Origin: Acidimicrobiales bacterium
GTDB lineage: Bacteria > Actinomycetota > Acidimicrobiia > Acidimicrobiales > VFJN01
DNA length: 64,000 bases
Direction: 5' to 3'
Assembly (NCBI GenBank): GCA_035641315.1
Contig: DASQUK010000244.1
Span: forward strand, 45,303-109,302
Each line of letters starts with the position of its first letter. Within the stretch, counting starts at the first letter, position 1. Made by a program: the position numbers and the translations under genes. A model generated the notes under the pieces. It was not told the DNA's origin and did not search any database. It saw nothing but the letters and a program-made list of their open reading frames with translations. Of this stretch, positions 1-8,649 are shown one piece after another.

Positions 1-1
1 T

Positions 2-595
2 GGGCGGCGGATCCTCGACCTCGGCTGCGGCGCCGGCGCCTGCTCGGTGGCGCTGGCCAAGGCCGGGGCCCGGGTCATCGCCGTCGACGATGACGCCGCC
101 AACGTCGGCGCCGCCCGGGACCACGCCGAGCAGGCGGGCGTGCGGATCGAGACCCACCACGGGCCGCTGCCCGAGCTGGCGTTCGTGCGGGCCGACACCA
201 TCGACGGCGCGGTGTCGGTCTACGGGTTGGCGGCTGCCGACGACCTCGACCGGGTGTTCCGGCAGGTCCACCGGGTGCTGAAGCCCGACCGGCCGTTCGT
301 GTTCTCGCTGCCCCACCCGGCCTTCACCTTGCTGGACCCGGGCGGCGGCGAGCCGGTGCTGCGCCGCTCGTGGTGGGACCCCAGCCCCGTCCCGTGGTCA
401 GTCGGCGCCGGCCGGGCCGAGCCCGACCGCCCGCGCACGCTCGCCGGGCTGTTCGCCAGCCTGGGGCGGGCCAACTTCCGGGTCGACGCGCTCGCGGAGC
501 CCGAACCCGACCGGGCCGCGGCCGGCGACAGCTGGTCCGACGCCATGAGCTGGGTCCCGCCGACGCTGATCCTCCGGGCGCGCAAGGTCGCCTAA
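2..595 (+). CDS. Class I SAM-dependent methyltransferase (5' end cut by window edge)
   Basis: Frame of ORF 47..595 stays open back to nt 2 and reads GRRILDLGCGAGACSVALAKAG, the SAM-binding motif I. It is followed by VIAVDDD (acidic post-I residue) and a typical methyltransferase core. Confidence 0.8.
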   Translation, partial: GRRILDLGCGAGACSVALAKAGARVIAVDDDAANVGAARDHAEQAGVRIETHHGPLPELAFVRADTIDGAVSVYGLAAADDLDRVFRQVHRVLKPDRPFVFSLPHPAFTLLDPGGGEPVLRRSWWDPSPVPWSVGAGRAEPDRPRTLAGLFASLGRANFRVDALAEPEPDRAAAGDSWSDAMSWVPPTLILRARKVA

Positions 596-2055
596 CCGCC
601 GGCGCCTCGTGTGGCGGCGTCGGCAGCGCCGGCCTGGCTCTTGCGCTCGGCCCACCAAGCCAGAAGGCGGCGCTCGGCCTCGGCCTGACCGAGCGGGCCC
701 TCGTCGAGGCGGGCCTCCAGCAGCATCGACAGCGCCGCGCCCACCACCGGCCCCGGCTTGACGCCGAGCAGCTCCATGACCCGGTTGCCGTCGATGTCCG
801 GACGGATCCGCTCCAGCTCCTCGCGCTCGCGCAGCTCGGCGATGCGCGCCTCGAGGTCGTCCATGCGCTTGGCCAGCATGCGGGCCTTGCGCTCGTTGCG
901 GGTCGTGCAGTCGCAGCGGGTCAGCTCGTTGAGGTCGTCGAGCAACGGACCGGCGTCGCGGGCGTAGCGCCGCACGGCCGCGTCGGTCCACACATCCTCG
1001 CGGTAGCCATGGAACCGCAGGTGCAGGAACACCAGCTGTGACACGTCGTCGACCATCTCGTTGGAGAAGCGCAGTGCCCGCATGCGGTCGCGGGCCATGC
1101 GGGCGCCGACCACCTCGTGATGGTGGAAGCTGACGCCCTTGGGCCCGATCGAGCGGGTCTTGGGCTTGCCGATGTCGTGGAGCAGGGCCGCCAAACGGAG
1201 GACCAGCCGGGGCGACGTCTTGGCCACCACGGCGATGGTGTGGGACAGCACGTCCTTGTGGCGGTGGATCGGGTCCTGCTCGAGCCGCAGCCCCCGCAGC
1301 TCGGGCAGGAACTCGTCGGCCAGCTCGGTGTCCACCAGGAACCACAGGCCGGCGCTCGGATCGTCGACCACCAGCAGCTTCGAGAGCTCGTCGCGCACCC
1401 GCTCGGCCGACACGATCTCGAGCCGATGGCGCAGCTTGCGGACGGCCGCGACCAGATCCGGATCGGGCGCCAGGCCGTAGCCGGCGATGAAGCGGGCGGC
1501 CCGCATCATCCGCAGCGGGTCGTCGGACAAGGACACCTCGGGGGCCAGCGGCGTGCGCAGCCGGCTCGCCGCCAGGTCGGCCACGCCCCCGAAGGGATCG
1601 ATCATCTCGACGTCGGGCAGGCGGAGCGCCATGGCGTTGACGGTGAAGTCCCGGCGGGACAGATCGTCGGTGACGTCGTCGGCATAGACCACGTGGGGCT
1701 TGCGCGAGTCCTCCCGGTAGGCCTCGGCGCGGTGGGTGGTGACCTCGAACGTGACGCCCCCCTTGCGGGCGCCGATCGTGCCGAACGACTGGCCCTGGGT
1801 CCAGGTCGCGTCGGCCCAGCCGTCGAGCAGGGCGAGCGTCCTGTCGGGACGGGCGTCGGTGGTGAGGTCGAGGTCGGCCCCCTCGGTCAAGCGACCGAGC
1901 ACCAGGTCGCGCACGATCCCGCCCACGAGGTAGACGCGGTGGCCCGCTGCGGCGAAACGCTCGGCCAGCGGCCGGACGTCGTCGAGGATCGGCTGCAGCC
2001 GCTCGGGGATCACGTGCGCAGGGTAGTGAGGTGTGGTGCCAGGTCCCCGAGGCAT
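592..2055 (-). CDS. cca: CCA-adding tRNA nucleotidyltransferase / poly(A) polymerase family enzyme with HD domain
   Basis: ORF 592..2208. N-terminal [17 protein letters not shown]...[10 protein letters not shown] nucleotidyltransferase motif, RDFTVNAMA, and an HD region (LHDIGKP). Start moved to ATG 2055 (MPRGPG...) because the upstream gene ends at 2069. Confidence 0.85.
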   Translation of the reverse strand: MPRGPGTTPHYPAHVIPERLQPILDDVRPLAERFAAAGHRVYLVGGIVRDLVLGRLTEGADLDLTTDARPDRTLALLDGWADATWTQGQSFGTIGARKGGVTFEVTTHRAEAYREDSRKPHVVYADDVTDDLSRRDFTVNAMALRLPDVEMIDPFGGVADLAASRLRTPLAPEVSLSDDPLRMMRAARFIAGYGLAPDPDLVAAVRKLRHRLEIVSAERVRDELSKLLVVDDPSAGLWFLVDTELADEFLPELRGLRLEQDPIHRHKDVLSHTIAVVAKTSPRLVLRLAALLHDIGKPKTRSIGPKGVSFHHHEVVGARMARDRMRALRFSNEMVDDVSQLVFLHLRFHGYREDVWTDAAVRRYARDAGPLLDDLNELTRCDCTTRNERKARMLAKRMDDLEARIAELREREELERIRPDIDGNRVMELLGVKPGPVVGAALSMLLEARLDEGPLGQAEAERRLLAWWAERKSQAGAADAATRGAGG

Positions 2056-2068
2056 ACCGGAGCGCCGC

Positions 2069-3370
2069 TCAGGCCGGCACCGACGGGAGGCCCTCGATGG
2101 GCGCCGGCGTCGCCCGCAGGTCGAGAGGCCCCAGCGTGGCGAGCACCCGGGCCAGGTCGGCGAGCCCGAGGTCGGTTTCGAACACGACTGACGCGCCGTC
2201 GCTGGCATGCAGGATGCCCTCGGCGATCCCGTCGGTCACGACGCCGGTGGCGTCGTAGCCCTCGACGTCGAAGGGCTGGGCTCCGGGCGGATCGACGACG
2301 CAGGCGGGCGACACGACCGAGAGCCACAGATAGCTACCCACGGGATCGTCGACGTCGGTGTAGTCGAGGTCGACGCTGGCGCACTCGCCCTCGGCGTCCG
2401 GCGTGACCGCGGCATTGACCAGCGTCCAACCCGCGGGCACGCCCCCCAGCCCGACGAGGAGGGGGCCGCCCAGTGCCGTGATGTCCTCCTCGTCGATGGA
2501 CGGCGTTGCGTCGACCTGGGCGGGGTCGGGCATCTCGACGTCGACGCTGTCCCCGTAGTGGTCGAACTCGTAGCTCGCCGTGAGGTCGATGCCGAACTGC
2601 GCCATGTCGATGTCCAGCGAGATCGGCCGCCCGGCCTCGTCGACCGTCAGGGTCAGCTGTGCGTCGCCCTCCCCCAGGTCTCCCAGCAACCCGGCGCGCA
2701 CCGCCGCGTGCACCACGCGGTTGCCGTCGGGGTCTTCCCCACCCTGCCGGTGCTCGTCGGCAAGGTCGAGCCAACGGACCAGCCGGTGGACTGCGATGCC
2801 GACCGTCCCGGCTTCGACCTGCTGCCACGGTCGGCTCTCGATCTGGTCCGGAAACGCCGTCCGTCGGAGCCACACCTCGCCGCGCCGGGCCACCATCTCG
2901 AGGCGTGAGCCGTCCGGCTCGTCGCTGATCTCGTGCCAGGTTTGCCCCACCCGCACCTCACCCGACAGGGTCCAGTCGACGACGAACGGCTGGTCGTCCT
3001 GCGGGTCGGTTCCCTCGACCCGGCTCGTGCCCTCGTAGCTGAACGTCCCTGCGTCCTCGACCTGGTCGGCGGCGGACGCGACGATGGCCTCCGGGGACCC
3101 GGGCGTGGCGCCGTCGTCGGCGGCTCCGTCGGGCGCGTCGGCCGCGTCGGCGGGCGCCGCACGGATGGCGTCGGTGTCGGGGGCCGGAGTTCTGATCGAG
3201 ATGACCGCGCCGCCGACCACGAGCGTGAGGCCCACGAGCGCCGTGGCGACGGCCGGCAGGCGCTCCCGCCGAGGCGGGCGGCGACGTACGTGGCGGGGGC
3301 GGTGGGGCGCCTCCATCTCCCAGCTGATCGGCCCACCGGGTCCGCCCTGCGGCCACGCCCCCGTCCCCAC
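2069..3370 (-). CDS. Hypothetical protein with N-terminal membrane anchor and acidic extracytoplasmic domain
   Basis: ORF 2069..3370. Arg-rich N-terminus followed by a hydrophobic helix (LPAVATALVGLTLVVGGAVISI). No family recognised by eye. Confidence 0.5.
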   Translation of the reverse strand: MGTGAWPQGGPGGPISWEMEAPHRPRHVRRRPPRRERLPAVATALVGLTLVVGGAVISIRTPAPDTDAIRAAPADAADAPDGAADDGATPGSPEAIVASAADQVEDAGTFSYEGTSRVEGTDPQDDQPFVVDWTLSGEVRVGQTWHEISDEPDGSRLEMVARRGEVWLRRTAFPDQIESRPWQQVEAGTVGIAVHRLVRWLDLADEHRQGGEDPDGNRVVHAAVRAGLLGDLGEGDAQLTLTVDEAGRPISLDIDMAQFGIDLTASYEFDHYGDSVDVEMPDPAQVDATPSIDEEDITALGGPLLVGLGGVPAGWTLVNAAVTPDAEGECASVDLDYTDVDDPVGSYLWLSVVSPACVVDPPGAQPFDVEGYDATGVVTDGIAEGILHASDGASVVFETDLGLADLARVLATLGPLDLRATPAPIEGLPSVPA

Positions 3371-3451
3371 GACGCAGGACTATGGCACGTCGGCGAGGCT
3401 GCGTCCCGGCGAACCACGGGGCGGGCGCAGCCGGCTACGAGGCGTCGGGCT

Positions 3452-4468
3452 TCAGCGGGCCTGCACCGCCCGGGAGTGTGCCAGGGCGGCAACATCCACG
3501 ACGTCCCGGCCCGGACCGCCCGACGAAGGCGGCTCGGGGTGCAGCCGGTCGCCGGCCAGGGCGGCCAGCGCCGCCGCGGTCGAGTCGCGCAGCGCGGCGA
3601 GGTCGTAGCCGCCCTCGAGGAACACCAGCCGCCGTCGGGGCGGGACCAGGGCCAGCAGGTCGGCCGTGATGTCGGCGTAGTCGCCCGACGTCAACCCGAG
3701 GTCCGTCAACGGGTCGGCGCGGTGGGCGTCGAAGCCGGCGGACAGCAGCAACCAGGTGGGCCCGAAGTCCTCGGCCAGCGGCACCACAACCTGGGCGACC
3801 GCCGCCCGGAACACGTCACCGGTGGCGCCGGGCGGCACCGGCACGTTGGCCGTCGCACCTCGGCCCTCGCCCTCGCCGGTCTCGAGCACCGTCCCCGTTC
3901 CCGGGTAGAGCGGGTACTGGTGGACCGACACGTAGGCGACGCGGGGGTCGTCGTAGAACGTCGCCTGGGTGCCGTTGCCGTGGTGGGCGTCGTAGTCGAC
4001 GATCAGTACCCGCTCGCCCCGCTCCGCCAGCGCGGCGGCGGCGACCGCCACGTTGTTGAACAGGCAAAAGCCCATGGCCCGGCTGGCCAGCGCGTGGTGC
4101 CCGGGCGGGCGTACCGCGCAGAACGCCGCCGTCACCTCGCCGGCATCGAGGTGGTCGATGGCGGCGAGCCCGGCGCCGGCGGCCAGCAGCGCCGCCTCCC
4201 ACGAGGCGGGGACCGCGGCCGTGTCGGCGTCGAGGTGGCCGCCGCCGGCGCGGCAGAACCGCCCGAGCGCCTCCACATAGTCGTCGTCGTGGACGCGCTC
4301 GACCTCGGCGAGCGTCGCCGGCCGGGGCGCCACGATCACGAGCTCGTCCTCCAAGCCGGCGCCAACGGCACCCTCGTGGACGGCACGCAGGCGATCGGGT
4401 CGCTCGGGGTGCCCCGTCCCGGCGTCGTGGGCGAGGAACTGCGGATGGGAGACGAAGGCGATCGGCAC
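3452..4468 (-). CDS. Histone-deacetylase-family (AcuC-like, arginase fold) deacetylase
   Basis: ORF translation contains RPPGHHA, DYDAHHGNGTQ and SAGFDAH, the catalytic and metal-binding motifs of the HDAC superfamily. Confidence 0.85.
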   Translation of the reverse strand: MPIAFVSHPQFLAHDAGTGHPERPDRLRAVHEGAVGAGLEDELVIVAPRPATLAEVERVHDDDYVEALGRFCRAGGGHLDADTAAVPASWEAALLAAGAGLAAIDHLDAGEVTAAFCAVRPPGHHALASRAMGFCLFNNVAVAAAALAERGERVLIVDYDAHHGNGTQATFYDDPRVAYVSVHQYPLYPGTGTVLETGEGEGRGATANVPVPPGATGDVFRAAVAQVVVPLAEDFGPTWLLLSAGFDAHRADPLTDLGLTSGDYADITADLLALVPPRRRLVFLEGGYDLAALRDSTAAALAALAGDRLHPEPPSSGGPGRDVVDVAALAHSRAVQAR

Positions 4469-4580
4469 CGTCGATGACGGTAACGGCTGTCGCCCGGTTG
4501 CCTACGCTTGACGGGTATATGAGCGAGCGCGAAGCGCGAGCGAATCATGAGCACAGTGCGTTGCTCGCCGCGAAGCGGCG

Positions 4581-5336
4581 ATGGCTCATCGGCGAGCCGA
4601 AGGCGAGCTGATGAGCCTTTTGCGGGCACCCTCCTCTGGAGCGGCGCGGCTCCGGGTGCGGACCTGGCACGCCGATGACCGGCTCGCGCACATCACCCCT
4701 GCGGTCGACGGGTCCGGCCCGCTCACCGCCGAGGAGGTGCGCCGCTGCATCGCCGACCTGCGCGACGGCGGGTACAGGGGGGCGGTCACGGCCGCCATGG
4801 GGCGGGCCGACCAGCCGCCGTTCCTCGAGGCCGGGTTCGTGCCCGCCGAGCGCCTGCACCTGCTGGTGCACCCGCTCGGCCAGCTGCCAGAAGCCGTGCT
4901 GTCGGCACCGGTGCACATTCGCCGGGGACGGCGGCGCGACATGGAGGATCTGCTGGCCGTCGACACCGCCGCGTTCAGCGGTATGTGGCGCCTGGACCGG
5001 GTCGGGGTCGACGAGGCGCTGAACGCCACGCCCACGGTGCACCTGCGGGTCGCCCGCGACGCCGCCGGGACCGCCGGCTACGCCATCTGCGGGCGAGCTG
5101 CCGACCGCGGCTACGTCCAGCGGCTGGCCGTGCACCCCCGGGTGCAGGGCCATGGCATCGGGGGCACCCTGCTGCTCGACGGCCTGCGCTGGCTACGGCG
5201 CTGGGGCGCGCGGGACGCGTTGGTCAACACCCAAGAGGGCAACGACCGCTCCTTGCGGCTCTACCAGCGCACGGGGTTCGTGCTGCAGCCCGATGGGCTC
5301 AGGGTGCTCCGCCTCGATCTCGGCGCTTCCCCGTGA
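4581..5336 (+). CDS. GNAT family N-acetyltransferase
   Basis: C-terminal acetyl-CoA motif A: YVQRLAVHPRVQGHGIGGTLL ... NDRSLRLYQRTGF. Start uncertain (ATG 4581 or ATG 4611). Confidence 0.75.
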   Translation: MAHRRAEGELMSLLRAPSSGAARLRVRTWHADDRLAHITPAVDGSGPLTAEEVRRCIADLRDGGYRGAVTAAMGRADQPPFLEAGFVPAERLHLLVHPLGQLPEAVLSAPVHIRRGRRRDMEDLLAVDTAAFSGMWRLDRVGVDEALNATPTVHLRVARDAAGTAGYAICGRAADRGYVQRLAVHPRVQGHGIGGTLLLDGLRWLRRWGARDALVNTQEGNDRSLRLYQRTGFVLQPDGLRVLRLDLGASP

Positions 5337-5563
5337 GCCGGCTTCGCCCGTCCGCGCCCCTCCGCTCACGGGTCCTGTCGCCTCCGGTGCGGCGGCTCCG
5401 ACGCTGTGACACCCGCTCTCGGCGGCTCCGCCGCCGGGCCGCTCGGGCCCTGGCGCCGCCGGCGCCGACAGGCGCCGACAACGGCGCCGCATCCTCGGCG
5501 CCACCCGCTCGCTACCCGCCCTCCGCCGGAAGACGAAGATTGGCCTCGGCCTGCGGCCGAGTC
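5333..5563 (+). repeat. Operon-junction dispersed repeat, copy A (MIRU-like, 231 bp)
   Basis: Begins GTGAGCCGGCTTCGCCCGTCC, with the GTG overlapping the GNAT TGA. Ends in the hairpin ctcggcc-tgc-ggccgag followed by tc. The 5' ~60 nt and 3' ~70 nt align almost base for base with the reverse complements of 42022..42192 and 45792..45965. Copy A has roughly 55 extra central nt. Confidence 0.85.
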
Positions 5564-7606
5564 GCGATTCTCGTCGCGATCAGCATGGCCGCGGCACCGG
5601 CCGCACCGACGGCCGCCGCTCCCCGCCAGGCGGGGCCGACCATGGAGCTTGTCGAGCAGACGAGCTGGGTGCATGCCGGCGACGAGTTCCGGGTGAGCGT
5701 GCGGGTCGGCGGCGCGCCGGCGGGGGCCGGCCTGCAGATGGTGGTCCACGATCGTCTCGTGTCGCGATCAGATTTCCAGCAGACGCTCGACGGTGAGCTG
5801 GGCGACACGGAGCTGACGCTCGATCCGCGGCCATTGAGCGAGCTGGGCCCGGCAGCCGGTCCGTTCACCACCGGGTTCGTCGTCGGGGATCAAGGTCAGG
5901 GCCTCGGTGGCCGCGGCGTGTACCCGGTCGAGGTGCGCCTGGTCGACACGCAGGGCACGGAGCTGGCCAACCTCGTCACCTATCTCCCGTACCTCCACGA
6001 ACCGAACGAGGAACCCTCGTACACGCCGCTATCGGTCGCGGTGGTGCTCGATGTCAGCGGGCCGCCCGCCCTCCAGCCCGACGGCGACGTCCGGGTCGCG
6101 TCCAGGACCATCGACCGGGCCCGCGAGCGGGCAGATGTGTTGGCCGCCACGCCTGATGTGCCCCTCACGCTCGCCCCGCAACCCGAGACGCTCGACGGGC
6201 TCGCGGACAGCGGTGGTACGGGCGCGGCGACGGTGCAGGCCCTGGTCGATGCCAGCGGCGAGCGACCGGTGCTGGCCCGCCCCTACACGGACGTAGACCT
6301 GACGACGCTCCGCCACAGCGGGCTGGTGAGCGAGGCCGACGACCAGATCGGGGCCGGAGCCACAGCGGTGCGCAACCGGTTCCGGCGTGAGCCGTCGGCA
6401 GGCATCTGGCTGTCCGGACCTACGCTGGGGAACGACGCCGCAGAGCAGGCTGTGGACCTCGGCATCGACCGCGCCCTGCTGCCCTCCAGCGCCGTCGAGG
6501 ATGACGACTCGGGCTCACAGGCGGGCGCAGTGCCCGACGCACCCGTCGCCGTCACCAACGAGCTTGTCGCGATGGTCAGCGATCCGGAGCTGGCCGAACA
6601 CCTGACCGCGGAGGACGGCGTCATCGACGCCCAGCGGTTCCTCGCCGAGCTGGCGATCATGTGGTTCGAGCGGCCCTCCACGCCCCGAGCGGTCGCGGTC
6701 TACATCCCCGGCGACGACCCGATCGACCCCCAGACCGTCGCTCGCGCGCTCAACGGGCTGACGGATGGCCAAACGGTGCAAGCGGTGCCGCTCGATCAGG
6801 TCTTCGACGTGCCGCCCGATCCGGACGGGCCCACCACCGTCGATCTCAGCGCCCACGAGATCGACGACGACCTCGACGCCATCGCCGGCCCGCTGCGCGA
6901 GGCCCGCCGCGGCGTGGTTGGCGTCGCCGGCACCCTGGCCGCAGACGGTCGCTCCCTCGAGCGGTCGCTGCTGCTCGCCACCGGCACCGCCACGCCCGAC
7001 CACCAGCGCGCCGCCTTCGTCGAGCGTGTCACCGGCGAGCTGGACTCGTTGGAGGGTGCCGTCGTTCTGCCCGACGCGTTCCGCATCACCCTCACCTCCC
7101 GCACGAGCACCGTCCCCGTCAACATCATCAACAACCTCGACCGACCGCTCCGGGTGCGGATCGAGTTCGACAGCGCGCAGCTCGACTTCCTCGACGGCGA
7201 CTTCATCACCCAGGACCTCCCGCCGGGTGCCACGCGGCTGGACGTGCGTGTGCGCGCCCTGACCTCGGGCGCGTTCACCATGGGCATCACCGTGCTGACC
7301 CCGGACAGCTCCCTCGAGCTCGACCAGACCACGTTCGACATCCGCTCGACGGCTGTGACCGGGGTGGGCTTGGTGCTCTCCGTCGGCGCCGGCCTGTTCC
7401 TCGCCGTGTGGTGGGCCCGTCACTGGCGCAACTCCCGCCGCTCGCGTCACCTGATGCCGGCGGGCGAGCCGCCGACGGTGCCCGCAGGTGGCGTCGTGAC
7501 GGTGGGCGACGGGTCGGAGACGGCCGTCGGCCCCTCCCGCCAGGACGACGACACCGGCGACTACCGCCCCGCGCACATGGCGGGCAGTCGGCCCCGCCGG
7601 GACTGA
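5540..7606 (+). CDS. Large secreted protein with C-terminal TM anchor, DUF6049-like (occupies the Rv3909 position of the conserved synteny)
   Basis: ORF 4985..7606. The upstream 350 nt overlap the GNAT gene and the next ~230 nt are the repeat element. A signal-peptide-like stretch (ASACGRVAILVAISMAAAPAAPTAAA) begins at in-frame TTG 5540; ATG 5585 is the alternative. C-terminal helix GVGLVLSVGAGLFLAVWWA. Family assignment is from memory of synteny and architecture. Confidence 0.6.
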   Translation: MASACGRVAILVAISMAAAPAAPTAAAPRQAGPTMELVEQTSWVHAGDEFRVSVRVGGAPAGAGLQMVVHDRLVSRSDFQQTLDGELGDTELTLDPRPLSELGPAAGPFTTGFVVGDQGQGLGGRGVYPVEVRLVDTQGTELANLVTYLPYLHEPNEEPSYTPLSVAVVLDVSGPPALQPDGDVRVASRTIDRARERADVLAATPDVPLTLAPQPETLDGLADSGGTGAATVQALVDASGERPVLARPYTDVDLTTLRHSGLVSEADDQIGAGATAVRNRFRREPSAGIWLSGPTLGNDAAEQAVDLGIDRALLPSSAVEDDDSGSQAGAVPDAPVAVTNELVAMVSDPELAEHLTAEDGVIDAQRFLAELAIMWFERPSTPRAVAVYIPGDDPIDPQTVARALNGLTDGQTVQAVPLDQVFDVPPDPDGPTTVDLSAHEIDDDLDAIAGPLREARRGVVGVAGTLAADGRSLERSLLLATGTATPDHQRAAFVERVTGELDSLEGAVVLPDAFRITLTSRTSTVPVNIINNLDRPLRVRIEFDSAQLDFLDGDFITQDLPPGATRLDVRVRALTSGAFTMGITVLTPDSSLELDQTTFDIRSTAVTGVGLVLSVGAGLFLAVWWARHWRNSRRSRHLMPAGEPPTVPAGGVVTVGDGSETAVGPSRQDDDTGDYRPAHMAGSRPRRD

Positions 7607-7652
7607 CGCGACCGCCTGCCGGCGACGGTCCTGCGTATTAGGGTCGCCGGCC

Positions 7653-8492
7653 ATGCCAGTTCGTATCGTCACCGACTCTGCCGCCGATCTCGACGCCGCC
7701 GAGTCGAAGGAGCTCGGGGTCGAGGTCGTGCCGCTGTCGATCCGCTTCGGGTCCACCGAGTACACCGACGGCGTCGACCTGTCCGTCGAGCAGTTCTACG
7801 ACAAGCTGTCCTCCTCGCAGGAGCTGCCCGAAACGGCGGCACCGTCGCCGGGAGCGTTCGAGGCAGCGTTCCGGCGCCAGGCCGAAGCCGGCGCCGACGC
7901 CGTGGTCTGCATCAACCTGTCGTCGGGCCTGTCGGCCACGATGCAGGCCGCCCAGAACGGTGCCAAGGCGCTCGAGGGCGAGCTCGACGTGCGCGTCGTC
8001 GACTCCCGCTCCATCACGTCGGGGCTCGGATCGCAGGTGCGCCGGGCCGCCCAGGCCGCCGCAGGCGGGGCCGACGCCGATGCGGTCGAGTCCCTGGTCC
8101 GTGGCCTGAGCAGCCGCACCCATGTCATCGGGGCGCTCGACACCCTCGACAACCTCCGCAAGGGTGGCCGCATCGGTGGCGCCCAGGCCGCGCTCGGCTC
8201 GCTACTGGCCATCAAGCCGCTACTGGACATCTCCACCGGCGAGGTGGAGGAGGCCGGGCGAGCCCGCACCCGCCGCAAGGCGCTGCACGCCCTGCGCGAC
8301 AAGGTGTTCGAGCGCACCGCCGTGGAGGACCTGACCCTGGCCCACGGCATGGCCCCCGACCTCGACGAGATGCGCGAGCTGCTGAGCCCGCGCTACCCGG
8401 CCGACCAGATCCGGGTGACGACGATCGGCGCGACCATCGGCACCCACGCCGGACCCCGGGTGATGGGCGTCACCTGGATCGATCCCGGCTGA
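7653..8492 (+). CDS. DegV family fatty-acid-binding protein
   Basis: N-terminus MPVRIVTDSAADL...EYTDGVDLSVEQFYDKL and overall ~280 aa length are typical of DegV/DUF194 proteins. Confidence 0.85.
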   Translation: MPVRIVTDSAADLDAAESKELGVEVVPLSIRFGSTEYTDGVDLSVEQFYDKLSSSQELPETAAPSPGAFEAAFRRQAEAGADAVVCINLSSGLSATMQAAQNGAKALEGELDVRVVDSRSITSGLGSQVRRAAQAAAGGADADAVESLVRGLSSRTHVIGALDTLDNLRKGGRIGGAQAALGSLLAIKPLLDISTGEVEEAGRARTRRKALHALRDKVFERTAVEDLTLAHGMAPDLDEMRELLSPRYPADQIRVTTIGATIGTHAGPRVMGVTWIDPG

Positions 8493-8649
8493 AGCCGAGC
8501 CGAAGGCGAGGCTGTGGCCCGAGCGGCCCGGTGCGAAGCACCAAGAGCGGGAAGCATGTTTGGGAGTTGCCCTGTGCGCCCCGTGAAGGCCGTCCAGGCG
8601 TCAGGCTGACGCGGCGTCAGGCCAGCACCTTGACTACGGTGGGCGCACC

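Noticed and set aside
398-2406. Long ORFs 398..1345(-), 370..1041(+) and 1117..2406(+) overlapping the cca gene
   Set aside because: Their translations are Arg/Pro/Gly/Ala-rich with no recognisable motifs. They lie antisense to or out of frame with a gene that has clear family signatures. This is typical stop-codon-poor shadow ORFs of very GC-rich DNA.
4985-5332. The 5' extension of the 873-aa ORF (4985..7606) as the true start of the DUF6049-like gene
   Set aside because: This part overlaps the well-supported GNAT gene in another frame and translates to low-complexity Arg/Pro/Ala sequence. The ORF is open only because stops are rare.
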